Source of the DNA: Malacoraja senta
Lineage: Eukaryota
Assembly (NCBI GenBank): GCA_038087875.1
Contig: CM075983.1
Coordinates: 12,276,001 to 12,340,000 of the forward strand
Length of the DNA stretch: 64,000 nucleotides
Reading direction: 5' to 3'
The notes beneath the pieces were generated by a model. The model searched no databases, was not told the origin of the DNA, and was given only the letters and a program-made list of their open reading frames with translations. Every line of letters begins with the position of its first letter. Position 1 is the first letter of the stretch. The position numbers were made by a program, and so were the translations under genes. This document shows, one piece after another, positions 1 through 9,492 of the stretch.

Positions 1-570
1 TCAAGTGTGTCTTTACCTTTGGCCAAGCTCAGTATGAAAGTATTAATGCTTATGGCATGAGTGACAGCACAACGAGTGCAAACACTTGGAAAATTACAAA
101 TAGACAGTATGGAAGTAACTGAAGATAAGGTTACATTCTATATCTATGACCTACTAAAGCAAATTAGGCCAGGTGTGACAGGATTTAAAATTATGCTAGC
201 AGTATATCCAAATGATCCTTGTCTCTGTATTAAGACATATTTGTTACAATACATTGAGGTCACAAAGAATTTGAGAAATACGGAAACTGGGTTGTTGATC
301 ACACACAAGAAACCACACAAGAGAGTTTCAATACAGACTATTTCCAGATGGATAAAAGAAGTCTTAACAGCTGCTGGTATTAACACTTATGTTTTTACGT
401 CTCACTCGACTAGGGCAGCAGAAACGTCGACGGCCAGGGCAAAAGACGTCCCCGTCGACCATATCCTCGCAGCCGCCGGGTGGTCCAATGAGTTGATGTT
501 TCAACATTTTTACCATCGGCCTATTGTTAATGCGGGATTGTTTGCAGAAACTATTTTAAGTTCTGTGTAA
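1..570 (+). pseudogene. Tyrosine recombinase (DIRS YR) C-terminal part
   Basis: ORF 61..570 contains HSTR (HxxR), AAGW and FYHR (catalytic Tyr region). The upstream frame has a TGA at 58-60 inside the L(M)ALV(T)AQR motif. Confidence 0.9.
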
Positions 571-1085
571 ATTCCTCTGGTTTAAAGGGGATCTGATTCA
601 TTTCATTATTGAAATGAATTACTGCATTTGTGGTACAAATGTTATTATGAATGCATGATTGATTATTTCTCGTTCCGAGTCAATCAATGCAGTGAGAAGC
701 CGGGATTGATCTACGGCATGAAATCACAAAGCTTTAAAATCTTCACGTAGTCACTTACGTGACTCCGAAGTAAAATAGTAAGATTAAACAAGAACTTACC
801 TAAGTTTGAAGTTTGATCTTTATTTTATGAGGAGTTACGTAGGTGATTACGTGCCCGCCACGACCCTACCCTCTATCATAAAGGTCAGATGGAAGTTCTT
901 GTATTACTCGTTTTATTATGAGACTATATTACTTCGGTTGTTGTTTTTTGTGATTTCACACCGCTGCTTTGAAGATTGACACGCAGGCGCACTGGCGGGG
1001 TTCTTCACGTAATCACCTACGTAACTCCTCATAAAATAAAGATCAAACATCAAACTTAGGTAAGTTCTCGTTTAATCTTACTATT
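1..1085 (+). mobile_element. DIRS1-like tyrosine-recombinase retrotransposon, 3' part (runs off the left edge)
   Basis: YR C-terminus at 61-570, followed by an internal complementary region (740-853) and a right ITR (977-1085). 776-853 is the reverse complement of 1006-1085. Termini are nearly identical to those of the complete element at 10118-14926. Confidence 0.93.
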
Positions 1086-1229
1086 AACACACTGTTGCAA
1101 AATTATATTATTACAATCATCTTACATTACATCCGCATAACTGTAATAATCATATCTAAACTTAGCACTTATAATGGTTCATTCCACTCATCTTCCTTAA
1201 ACCAAATACATTACCCCTTGCTTTATGTG

Positions 1230-1740
1230 TTATCCTTTTCCGTTCTCTTCTGTGTAAATTGCACACTCTTTCTAATCACTCTAGCTCTACCTGTATCTCT
1301 GCCTCTTCCCTTTTTAAATATCCTAATCTAATTTGCAGATTTCTTCCTGTTCTTGATATTCTGCTAAAGTTAACATTTCCTCTGTTTCTGTTCCTTATTT
1401 GTAGGTGGGATCTGACACATGACTGCAGGTTTTCGTTTTTCAGCAGCTTCCTCTGTCGCTCAATTTCCTGGCGCTGCATATTTATCTGATCTTGTTGTAT
1501 AATAACATTCTGCAATGCATGACCATTTGTCCATTGCTCAGTGAAGGAAGCTCCATGCTGGACTACAGTGAAGTGTCCTAATCGCAATCGGTCCTGCATA
1601 CTTTTGTCTCGACCGACAAGCCTCTCTTCTATAGACTTTTCTATTAACAGCTTTTTGCTCATCGTCACTCATTTATTTAACCGTTCTTTGTATCGTTTAA
1701 GCCTTTTCTGTTGTTCATCTATTTGTCTTCTTAAATCACC
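1230..1740 (-). other. TLK2: Captured tousled-like kinase 2 (TLK2) coiled-coil coding fragment, intronless
   Basis: [60 protein letters not shown]..(KRKP..EQKQRK)..([12 protein letters not shown])..[29 protein letters not shown] matches vertebrate TLK. VTMSKK, RDKSMQ and EQKQRK favour TLK2 over TLK1. No kinase domain is present. Confidence 0.9.
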
Positions 1741-2800
1741 TTTCTGTTTATTCATCAAGAAGTAGGATCTATATTGTCTTTGCAATACAACAGTGGCTTT
1801 CATTTGCGCTCCGTATAATTTTCTTACTACATAAGCACGGTAGTGAGACTGCACTACAACTGCTGTATAAATCAGTTTGAGGAAGTCTTTCCTATATCAT
1901 TTAAGCCTTTTGTATCGTTTAAGCCTTTTCTGTTGTGCATCTATTTGTCTCCTTAGGTCTTTCCTATACCAACTCATACGGAGTACTGACTGCATTTTTA
2001 CAGTAGCTCTCTTTTGCTTAACCCACTGCCAAACCACCATACTCTTGTAGGCAGCCTGAATGGTAATAGTTGCATACCTCATTGACTGATATTGCACAAA
2101 CTGGGAATGCCCTATTTTGCATGCTTTGTACCATCTCTGGATCGAAATGACTGCTTGTCGTATAGCTCTGTACCGTACCCTTAATTGGTAACCATGGTAT
2201 GCAGCTTGCAGAGTGACTACAGCCGCCTTTTGCATCAAGAAATGCTTTCTTGTAATGCACATCCTTATGAATGACTTAATATGGCGTGCTGCCTTGATTT
2301 TCTCAACCAATTCTCTGGCTTTAATACCACGGTAGAAGGCCTGAATACAAACCACTGCTTTTCTCAAACTATTATAATGTCTCACTTGGACATCTCTTAT
2401 CTGGCAAGCTCTGTATCGTTGCTGTACCGCAATGGCAGACCAGCGTAGTTTCTTGAAATACTGACGCTGTTTATGCATCTGATAATAAGTCTGTATGACC
2501 TTGGCAGACTTGTGCATGCACCGCAATTGCTTTCGAACAACCATTCCTCGGTAGGCAGCCTGAAGCAGTACAATGCTTCTGCGTGCCTTCATGTAAGTCT
2601 TGCGATCACTTTCCATTTGAAGGTGTGCCCTATAATGGGTTTGTACTATTATAGCTGCTAATTTCATTGCCTTGTATTGACGGTATACTCTGTGCCTTCT
2701 AAATGCTGCTTGTATTACCGTTGCTGCCTTCTGTTTGTTCTGGATCTCTCTCCGTACCTTCATACCCCTGAATGCAGCTTGAATTGTTAGGGTTGCCCTT
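1741..2800 (-). other. ASPM: Captured ASPM IQ-repeat coding fragment (14 IQ motifs)
   Basis: IQxxxRGxxxR-type motifs; the first seven are spaced 23-23-27-23-23-27 aa, the short-short-long higher-order pattern typical of the ASPM IQ region. Confidence 0.85.
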
Positions 2801-2838
2801 TGGATGGCAATTTCCCTTTTCCTTTGACTTCTGTCACT

Positions 2839-2984
2839 TTGCATTTGCCCTTTGTCCCTTTGCACTTGACCTTTGCCTTTTGCACTTTACCTTTGTCCTT
2901 TTGCACTTGACCTTGGTCCTTTTGCACTTGACCTTGGTCCCTTTGCACTTGACCTTTGTCCTTTTGCACTTGACTTTTGTCCTT
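2839..2984 (-). repeat. 21-bp tandem repeat x7 encoding (Q/K)VQ(K/R)D(K/Q)G
   Basis: Units of the form TTGCACTTGACCTTTGTCCTT; the unit at about 2860-2879 is only 20 bp long. Confidence 0.95.
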
Positions 2985-3039
2985 TGAGGGACTCTCTGCC
3001 CTCTTTAGTTCAGGCTCCTTGCCTCTGGATGCCCTTGGA

Positions 3040-3293
3040 GGTTTTGGCGAGAAATGAGCCATTAATGCCTCCTTACACTCCTCGTAAATTTTATCTGTGG
3101 GCTTTGCTGGCCGCAGTAACACACGTAAGGTCTGATAACCCTCTCTTCCTAAGCCTAATATGAACCATGCTCTCATCTTCTCCTCTGCAGCGATATCATT
3201 GGAAATGAAACAAGCCTCCAAGACTTCGGTCCATTTCTCAAAATTACACCCAGATTCTAACTGGGGCACGTTTCCTACAATTTGAAAAGCCAT
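3040..3293 (-). pseudogene. Gypsy (Mag-like) gag N-terminal fragment
   Basis: MAFQIVGNVPQLESGCNFEKWTEVLEACFISNDI..RAWFILGLGREGYQTLRVLLRPAKPTDKIYEECKEALMAHFSPKP fits the Mag-clade gag start (W..Y.E..E..F.AN.I...L..L..P.KP....Y......L..HF.PKP). Confidence 0.8.
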
Positions 3294-3589
3294 GCTACCT
3301 GTTGCTATTCAGGTGCACTATATTCTGTTCTCTCACTGTGTTTTCTGCATTAGACTTAATCCTTTTACACAAAGTGATCCAGCCCACAGACTATTACTAA
3401 TTCTTATAATAATAGATTTTTACTATTAACCAACATTTTATGTTAATAGCCAATTAGAACATTTTAAACCATATTCCTTCTATGCACACATATTTACTAT
3501 TATTAACAGTGACGAATGCATTACATTTAAACAGTCCTGCTTTTACTGTGTCCATGCATTTCATTCACAAAGGGCTTTTATTATGAAGG

Positions 3590-4650
3590 ATTTCACAGCT
3601 CCAGCTTGTGGCCTGTGGACTCTGGTGCATCCTCGACCTCTCGAGCTGTTCCCACTGGTACCTTTGCTGATGGCCTCACCGGACCTCCACTTTTCCTGCT
3701 TTTGCTGGCTCCCCCGGGCTTCACCGTTACTTTTGCTGCCGCTGGCTCACTGCCAAGTCGACTCCTGCTGCTCCGCTGACTTGTCTGCCCGCTGGCTCCA
3801 CAGCCCTCCTGGCTGCTACTGGACCCGCTACGTGGCTCGTCGCTGGCTCCCGTGGACACCCTGCGGAAGGTAAGTCACTCCTGGTTTCTGCTGCTGGTCC
3901 CCGCTGCTCCAAGCGTCGGGACTGTGCCTCTCTCGTGGTAGGCTTTCTCCACTCTCGGCCGTCTCCCACGACTGGGCTTTCTCTGCTTTCGGCCGTCTCC
4001 CGCGACCGGGCTTTCTCCGCTTTCTCCCCCGTCCGGGCTGACTCTGCTCCCGACCGGCTGAAGTGCTTGAGTGCTGTGTCCCGCTTCTCTCGCGCGGACC
4101 CACTCTTCGCTCGGGGCCGGACTCCCTTTCACATCCGGTCTTTCCCCGCTCTCGGCCATCCCTTGCGACCGGGCTTTCACGGCTCTCGGCTTCTCTCCGC
4201 TTCTCTCGCGGGCCTGTCCGCTTTTCTGCTCACAGTCGGGCTGACTCTACTCCCGACCGGTCTTTCACTCCTCACGGTCGTCTCTTGCGACTGGGCTTTC
4301 TCTCACATCCCGGCCAGTTTTTTTTTTTTACTCTGCTGGTCCGCTTCTCAGGCGGCCGGCTTTCTCCCTCGACTGGGCTGACTCTTCTCCCGGCCGGGCT
4401 GACTCCGTTTCGTCGGTGGCTTCACCGGACCTGTCCGTGGCCTACCCGGTACTAGGCCCTCACTCGACGTCGGTGGCGGCTCCTGGGCCTGGCTGTGGGC
4501 TACACGGCCCTGGAACTCACCCGAAGTCGGTGGCGGCTGCTGGGCCTCTTCTGCCCCTTTGCCGTGGCTGCACGGCCCTGGAAAACGTTCCAGGTAAGTT
4601 GACACCGTTGCTGTCCTGCTGGTTAGACTTCCAGCTTTCAGCTGCATTCT
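3590..4650. repeat. GC-rich degenerate repeat region in the leader of the chimeric LTR element
   Basis: Recurrent GGCTTTCTC and GGGCTGACTCT..TCCCG.CCGG motifs, plus two related units of about 55 bp at 4470-4585. Confidence 0.65.
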
Positions 4651-5162
4651 TCGGTGACACTTACTTACTGCCCCACTTGTTTTCCTTGCTTCCTGTTCCG
4701 ACCTTTCTTTTCTTTGGCTCCAATTCAAAACCATTTGGCGCAAAATCTTTTTGCTTGGTGCCGTTCCACTTTGTTTCCAAACACAACCTCTTATTTTTAC
4801 CTTTTTTTTCTCTTGACAACCCTTCTACTTTGTTCTTTTCTGTTCTTTTATCCTCATTGCCTCGTTATCCTTGTTGTGTGTTCTGGTGCAACAATTCACC
4901 TAAAACTTAGCTGTACAAAGATTATTCAGTTTGCCGCCTTGTACAGCTGATGTTTTTGTAGATTGATGATGCATGTGAACCAATCACACTTAGCCAGCAC
5001 CACTAACTCCACCCCATTATAACACTTATACTAACGCCCATTCCCAGCACAGTTAGTTGAAGTAGCTAGGATGAACTGACAACACCTTGTTTTGTAATGC
5101 TGCCAAGTTACAGTGCTGATTAAAGATGTGTGTAAATCTTATACAGTCTCAAGTGATTTACA

Positions 5163-5181
5163 TGGTGTCAGAAGTGGGATT
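5163..5181 (+). promoter_or_regulatory. Primer-binding site complementary to the tRNA-Leu(CAA) 3' end
   Basis: TGGTGTCAGAAGTGGGATT lies directly after the 5' LTR and is the complement of ...AATCCCACTTCTGACA-CCA. Confidence 0.85.
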
Positions 5182-5978
5182 TTAGAACATCAAAGGCATC
5201 CTGGTGTTGCTGGAACCATGACCATGCAGTGTCCTTTTTGGTCAGCTGCCGCAGTGTGGAGCTTAGTTCGCTGAGGTTCGGTATGAACTTTCCGAGATAG
5301 TTTACCATGCCCAGGAAACGTTGCAGGCCTTTCACGTCAGTGGGTGCAGGCATTTCTGTGATGGCAGTAGTTTTCTTCGGATCGGGTTTGAGGCCATCAG
5401 GGGTGAAGATGTGGCCGACGTTGGAGACCACTGGAACCCTGAACTTGCACTTGTCAGGATTGAGCTTGAGGTTGATCTTGACAGCACGCTCCAAGATGAG
5501 CCTGAGATTGTGGTTGTGTTCCGCTGCGTCTTTACCATAGACTAGGATGCCGTCGACAATAATGGTACAAGGCAGATCCTCGAATAATTGCTCCATAGTT
5601 CTTTGGAAGACTTCACTGGCGGAGTTGATCCCGAATGGCATTCTCAGAAACTTATATCTGCCGAATGGGGTGGCAAATGTGGTGAGGTTTGATGACTTCT
5701 TGTCCAGCGGTATCTGCCAGAATGAGTACTTTGCATCTAGGACAGAAAATAGGGTGGCCATTCCGATCTTTACCGCAACATCCTCTACTGTCTTCATGGG
5801 ATGGTGTGGGCGCTTAATGGCAGTGTTCAGGTCTTTGGGATTAATGCACAGGCAGATTTCATTATCTCCCTTCTTGACTGTGGCAACCATGGTTGAGACC
5901 CAGTCGGTGGGGTCGCTGACTGCTTCAATTACGCCTTTGGAGACCATGTCCTTCAGCATAGAATGAACCCTGACAGTC
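5168..5978 (-). pseudogene. Gypsy reverse transcriptase fragment (antisense to its own LTRs)
   Basis: PTDWVSTMV, DLNTAIKR, SVLDAKYSFWQIPLD, TTFATPFGRYKFLRMPFGI, IIVDGILVYG (catalytic DD changed to DG), LQRFLGMVNYL. Confidence 0.95.
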
Positions 5979-5979
5979 A

Positions 5980-6720
5980 CAGAGTAATGGACTCGCTGAA
6001 CGCGCTGTCAGAAGCGCCAAGCACTTGCTGGAGGGAGCGCGCATTTCAAAGTCAGATGTCTATCTCGATCTCCTGAATCTCAGAAACATCGCCAGAGACG
6101 GAACCTTGGGGTCACCAGCACAGCGTCCGCTGTCGAGGGTGACGAGGTCTCCGGTCCCCGTCGCACAACAGCAGCTGGTCCCTCGGGTGTTGAAGCCCGC
6201 CACTGTCCAGCAACGTCTCCAAGAGAAGCACGACATCCAGAAACGGTCATACGACAGTTCCAGCAGACCTCTACTGCCGGGCCAGGTCGTCCTTCTACGA
6301 ACTTCAACTGGACATTCTCGTCTGGGCATTGTTGTACGCCCGACTGATGAGCCGCGATCATACCTTGTGGACTGTGAGGGAGCGGTATACTGGAGAAGTC
6401 GACAACACCTGCTTGCTGTGAAGGAGCCCCGACCACCGCCTGCTGATCCCTATGCTCCGCCGCTCCAGTTCCAGCCGCCTTTTGCAGTGTCTCCTGCCCG
6501 TCCCCGCATGCCTTGCACCCCCTCACGTCCCTCGGTCTCCACTAACCACGGGGTTACACCCACCGCATGTTTCCCCTCTCGGTCACCACAAGCCTCTCCC
6601 GTGCGATTTTCACCTTCAGCCTCTCCGCCTAATCCTTCAGTGGAGAAAGGGGATGGTTGGGTCCACACGAGCTCGGGCCGTGTTAGTAGACCACCAGACA
6701 GGTATGGCGAGTATGTTTAA
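5980..6720 (+). pseudogene. Gypsy integrase C-terminal fragment
   Basis: CAG AGT AAT GGA CTC GCT GAA CGC = QSNGLAERAVRSAKHLLE (final catalytic Glu region), then GSPAQ, PRSYLV, and a terminal TSSGRVSRPPDRY motif. Confidence 0.9.
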
Positions 6721-7112
6721 TACACTTCCTTTCCACATTTAATCTTTAGGGGGAAGGATGTAGATTGATGATGCATGTGAACCAATCACACTTAGCCAGC
6801 ATCACTAACTCCACCCCATTATAACACTTATACTAACGCCCATTCCCAGCACCGTTAGTTGAAGCAGCTAGGATGAACTGACACCTTGTTTTATAATGCT
6901 GCCAAGTTACAGTGCTGATTAAAGATGTGTGTAAATCTTATACAGTCTCAAGTGATTTACAGTTTTAAATTACAGTCCCCGGCATAGAGGGATCTGCAGG
7001 CCTCTCATGTCCAGCTCGCAAACAACTGCGACACAACTCCGTATCTACTGTTTAAACTGTTAAACAATCCTGCGTGTTGCAAAACAGTCCTGCGGGTGAG
7101 TTCACGAACTCT

Positions 7113-7130
7113 ATCCCATCCTCGTCGCCA
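7113..7130 (-). promoter_or_regulatory. Primer-binding site complementary to the tRNA-Ser(GCT) 3' end
   Basis: Minus strand TGGCGACGAGGATGGGAT; the plus strand ATCCCATCCTCGTCGCCA equals the tRNA-Ser(GCT) 3' end plus CCA. It lies 2 nt from the LTR end. Confidence 0.88.
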
Positions 7131-7132
7131 AT

Positions 7133-7296
7133 TGTAGTGTATTTGGGTACTTGGAACTGACTTAAAAGAACTCTCAGATACAGCAGTAAACTGACAAGCT
7201 TCTTTATTCTAGGACGCCACCTTGAGTCTACTCTAGCACATGCGTCCCCTTGCACAAGACATAACATATGCTAATTATATTACATACATCACAACA
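7133..7296 (-). mobile_element. 5' LTR of the chimeric Gypsy element
   Basis: Minus strand begins TGTTGTG and ends CACTACA (imperfect terminal IR), contains AATAAA (TTTATT near 7203), and is followed by the PBS. The partner LTR is not in the window, so the outer boundary is inferred. Confidence 0.78.
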
Positions 7297-7334
7297 TTGA
7301 AACAGTACATTAAATCAGTTCATAAGTTCGGTTG

Positions 7335-7627
7335 GGGCAGCACAGTGGCGCAGTGGTAGAGTTTACCTTACTGCGCCAGAAACCCGAATTCAATTCTGAC
7401 TATGGGCGCTGTTGTACAGAGTTTGTACGTACTTCCTGTGACCGCGTGGGTTTCCTCCAGGTTTCCTCCCACACTCCAAAGACATGTAGGTTTTTTAGGT
7501 TAATTGGCTTCGGTAAAAATGTAAATTGACCCTAGTGAGTAGGATAGAGCTAGTGTACGGGGTGATCGCTGGTCGGTGTGGACTGAAGGGCCTGTTTCCT
7601 CGCGGTTTCTCAGGTCTAAAGTCTAAA
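7335..7627 (+). mobile_element. HE1-type tRNA-derived SINE
   Basis: A-box TGGCGCAGTGG, V-SINE-type core (TTTCCTCCCACACTCCAAAGAC), CR1-like tail GAAGGGCCTGTTTCC ending in CTAAA repeats. Confidence 0.85.
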
Positions 7628-8094
7628 TAGCCTGTTTCAATTGGGCCATTGAAGTACAATCTCTTGCACATGTCTAAGCACGATGAGCCCGAAGCTCTCA
7701 TAATTGATATACCTGACATTTTAAGTCCCATAAGAATCATGAGCTTAGAAGGAATAGCTTAGATGGGACATCTTGGTCAGCATTGGGCGAAGTTGGGCCG
7801 AAGGGTCTAGCTTCCATCCAGTATGACAACACCACAAACAGTGCTAGAAATGGCTGTGGGATTTTCCAATAAGTTGTAAGAAAATATGTTAATCAAATCA
7901 TCATTCCTTCAGCTTTGAAGCTGATAAACAGGGTATTTAGGGGGAAGTACTGTTGGTTCGATTTCTGGTCCATGGGATTAGTTCCAACAAACCAAAGATC
8001 ATTATATATTCACCTACATATGGACAGCACCTCACCTCCATTTTGGAAGAGAGTCTATTGAAGCAAAGCAACCACCGAATCAACTGGAATCAAA

Positions 8095-8406
8095 AGGAAT
8101 TAATATTGATTTCTCTAATTTCAGGTCGCCCCGGCATTCCCTGTCTTTCTATCCCTCCCCCATCCAAGCCGTGCTAGCTTCTCATTTTCACCCAACAAAC
8201 AGTTAACAATGGCCTGTCTCCTTTATCATCGTTACTTTTTACATATCTTTCACTCATTGGTCTTTATCTCTCTACATCGCCTATATCTCTCGTTCCCCTT
8301 ACCTCTAACCAGTCTGAAGAAGGGTCTCGACCCAAAGCGTTACCCATTCCTGCTCTGCAGAGATGCTGCCTGTCCCGCTGAGTTACTCCAGCATTTTGTG
8401 TCTATC
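8095..8406 (+). mobile_element. Penelope-like element 3' end and pseudo-LTR
   Basis: ORF end GINIDFSNFR, then a 3' UTR and the CTGAAGAAGGGTCTCGACCC...GAGTTACTCCAGCATTTTGTGTCTAT repeat, the same layout as 52557-52840. Confidence 0.75.
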
Positions 8407-8899
8407 TAAGGCAAATGTTAAATTGTAATTAAATTCTTATCATTAATGAGTCAGGCAATGCCCTGCTGAGCACAATACTCATGGAAAGCTTTGGGCAAAC
8501 AAATGTGCTTTGATGATCTCATTCTAATATTTACCTTGTCTCATAAGACTCGTAAAAGACGAGTGAATTATTGAAAGTATTCCTGCAAGGGGTAGGTTTA
8601 ATTTTTCAACATGATTGTCTCTCCTTTCCTGATGAGGGAAAGTGTCGAGCTGGGAGTCTGCTCCATAGAAGCTGGGCTAATATCCAACACATTACTGAAG
8701 TATCCATTGGCATCACAGAGGTGTGCAAACACATTATTCTACCGCTGAAGTCCAACACCTGCAACTCAACACTACCCTCAATTGACATCCACACACAGTT
8801 TTCTGCAGGGAGAGGAAAAAGGTTTGCAATTCTTTTACTGGAGAGGGATTACAGCGTGGACAAATACAGCAGTCAGGCTTCACACGGCAAAGTTTCACA

Positions 8900-9194
8900 A
8901 GGTGGTGCAACGTTAGAGTTACTGCCTTCCAGCGCCAGTGACCCGGGTTCGATCCTGACAATGGGTGCTATCTGTACTGAGTTTGTACATTCTCCCCGTG
9001 ACCTGCGTGAGTTCTCTCCGGGTGCTCCGGTTTCTTCCCACATTCCAAAGACGTGCAGTTTTATAGGCTAATTGGCTTCTGTGAATCATCCCTATTGTCT
9101 AGGATATAAATAGTGTAAAGGTGATCGTGGTCGGCACGGACTCGGTGGGCCGAAGGGCCCGTTTCCAGGCTGTATCTCTAAACTGAACTATAAA
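8900..9194 (+). mobile_element. HE1-type SINE
   Basis: B-box GGTTCGATCC, conserved core and tail. Confidence 0.85.
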
Positions 9195-9279
9195 CAGAGA
9201 AACGAGTGGCCAGATGATTTGTTTACAGAAAGGTTGGTTGAGAGAAGGCTGATGAATATGTCGTGATGCTGTCAATCAG

Positions 9280-9492
9280 ATAACACCAGGGGAATTTTCG
9301 TGTCCATCGGAACGGGCTGACAAGGCCTCATTTTAAAGTCAAAATAAGATCCTAGTTTAACAGCTTGTGTGACAGGCATGCAGGATTCCCCCAGGTACTG
9401 CACCACAACGTCAATCTAGATTACATGCTCAAGGCAGCAAAAAGATTTAATCCCACAAAGTCTGACTCATAGGCACTTTGCTACCGACCAGG
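9280..9492 (-). mobile_element. Old Deu-domain SINE (AmnSINE/SacSINE-like), degenerate
   Basis: GTACTGCAC...GTCAATCTAGATTACATGCTCAAG...TCTGACTCA.AGGC resembles the antisense Deu-SINE core and tRNA-like head. Confidence 0.5.

Larger units (their letters stand above)
1162..3293 (-). pseudogene. Chimeric Gag(N-term)-repeat linker-ASPM IQ-TLK2 coiled-coil ORF (about 710 aa reconstructed)
   Basis: ORFs 2787..3293, 1897..2865, 1669..1854 and 1276..1668. The last three are in one frame, separated only by single TGA codons, and that frame continues to TAA at 1162-1164. A 1-nt deletion in one 21-bp repeat unit separates the gag frame from the IQ frame. Confidence 0.85.
4957..6961 (+). mobile_element. 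Non-autonomous Gypsy LTR retrotransposon with inverted internal RT segment (nested)
   Basis: LTRs 4957-5162 and 6759-6961 (TGTA...TACA; 4 substitutions and one 3-nt indel). 5-bp TSD GTTTT at 4952-4956 and 6962-6966. PBS 5163-5181; polypurine tract AGGGGGAAGGA at 6748-6758. Confidence 0.96.

Noticed and set aside
1230-2800. Genuine ASPM or TLK2 gene locus
   Set aside because: Only fragments are present, with no splice sites or introns, fused to gag, containing stops, and lacking CH and kinase domains.
2839-2984. CRISPR-like array
   Set aside because: Head-to-tail repeats without unique spacers, in eukaryotic DNA with no cas genes.
6975-7060. Zinc-knuckle-like CRSCLRAGH peptide on the minus strand after the PBS
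   Set aside because: It needs a frameshift to complete CCHC and lies among stops; too short to support.
5163-7130. tRNA genes at 5163-5181 and 7113-7130
   Set aside because: Only 18-19 nt matching tRNA 3' ends including CCA, adjacent to LTRs; these are primer-binding sites.
8571-8830. Possible exon (strong minus-strand acceptor near 8805-8825; ORFs 8606..8794 and 8571..9071)
   Set aside because: No recognisable protein in any frame, and the longer ORFs run into a SINE.
7335-9194. tRNA genes from A/B-box motifs
   Set aside because: The boxes are heads of HE1-type SINEs with core and LINE-derived tails; no cloverleaf.
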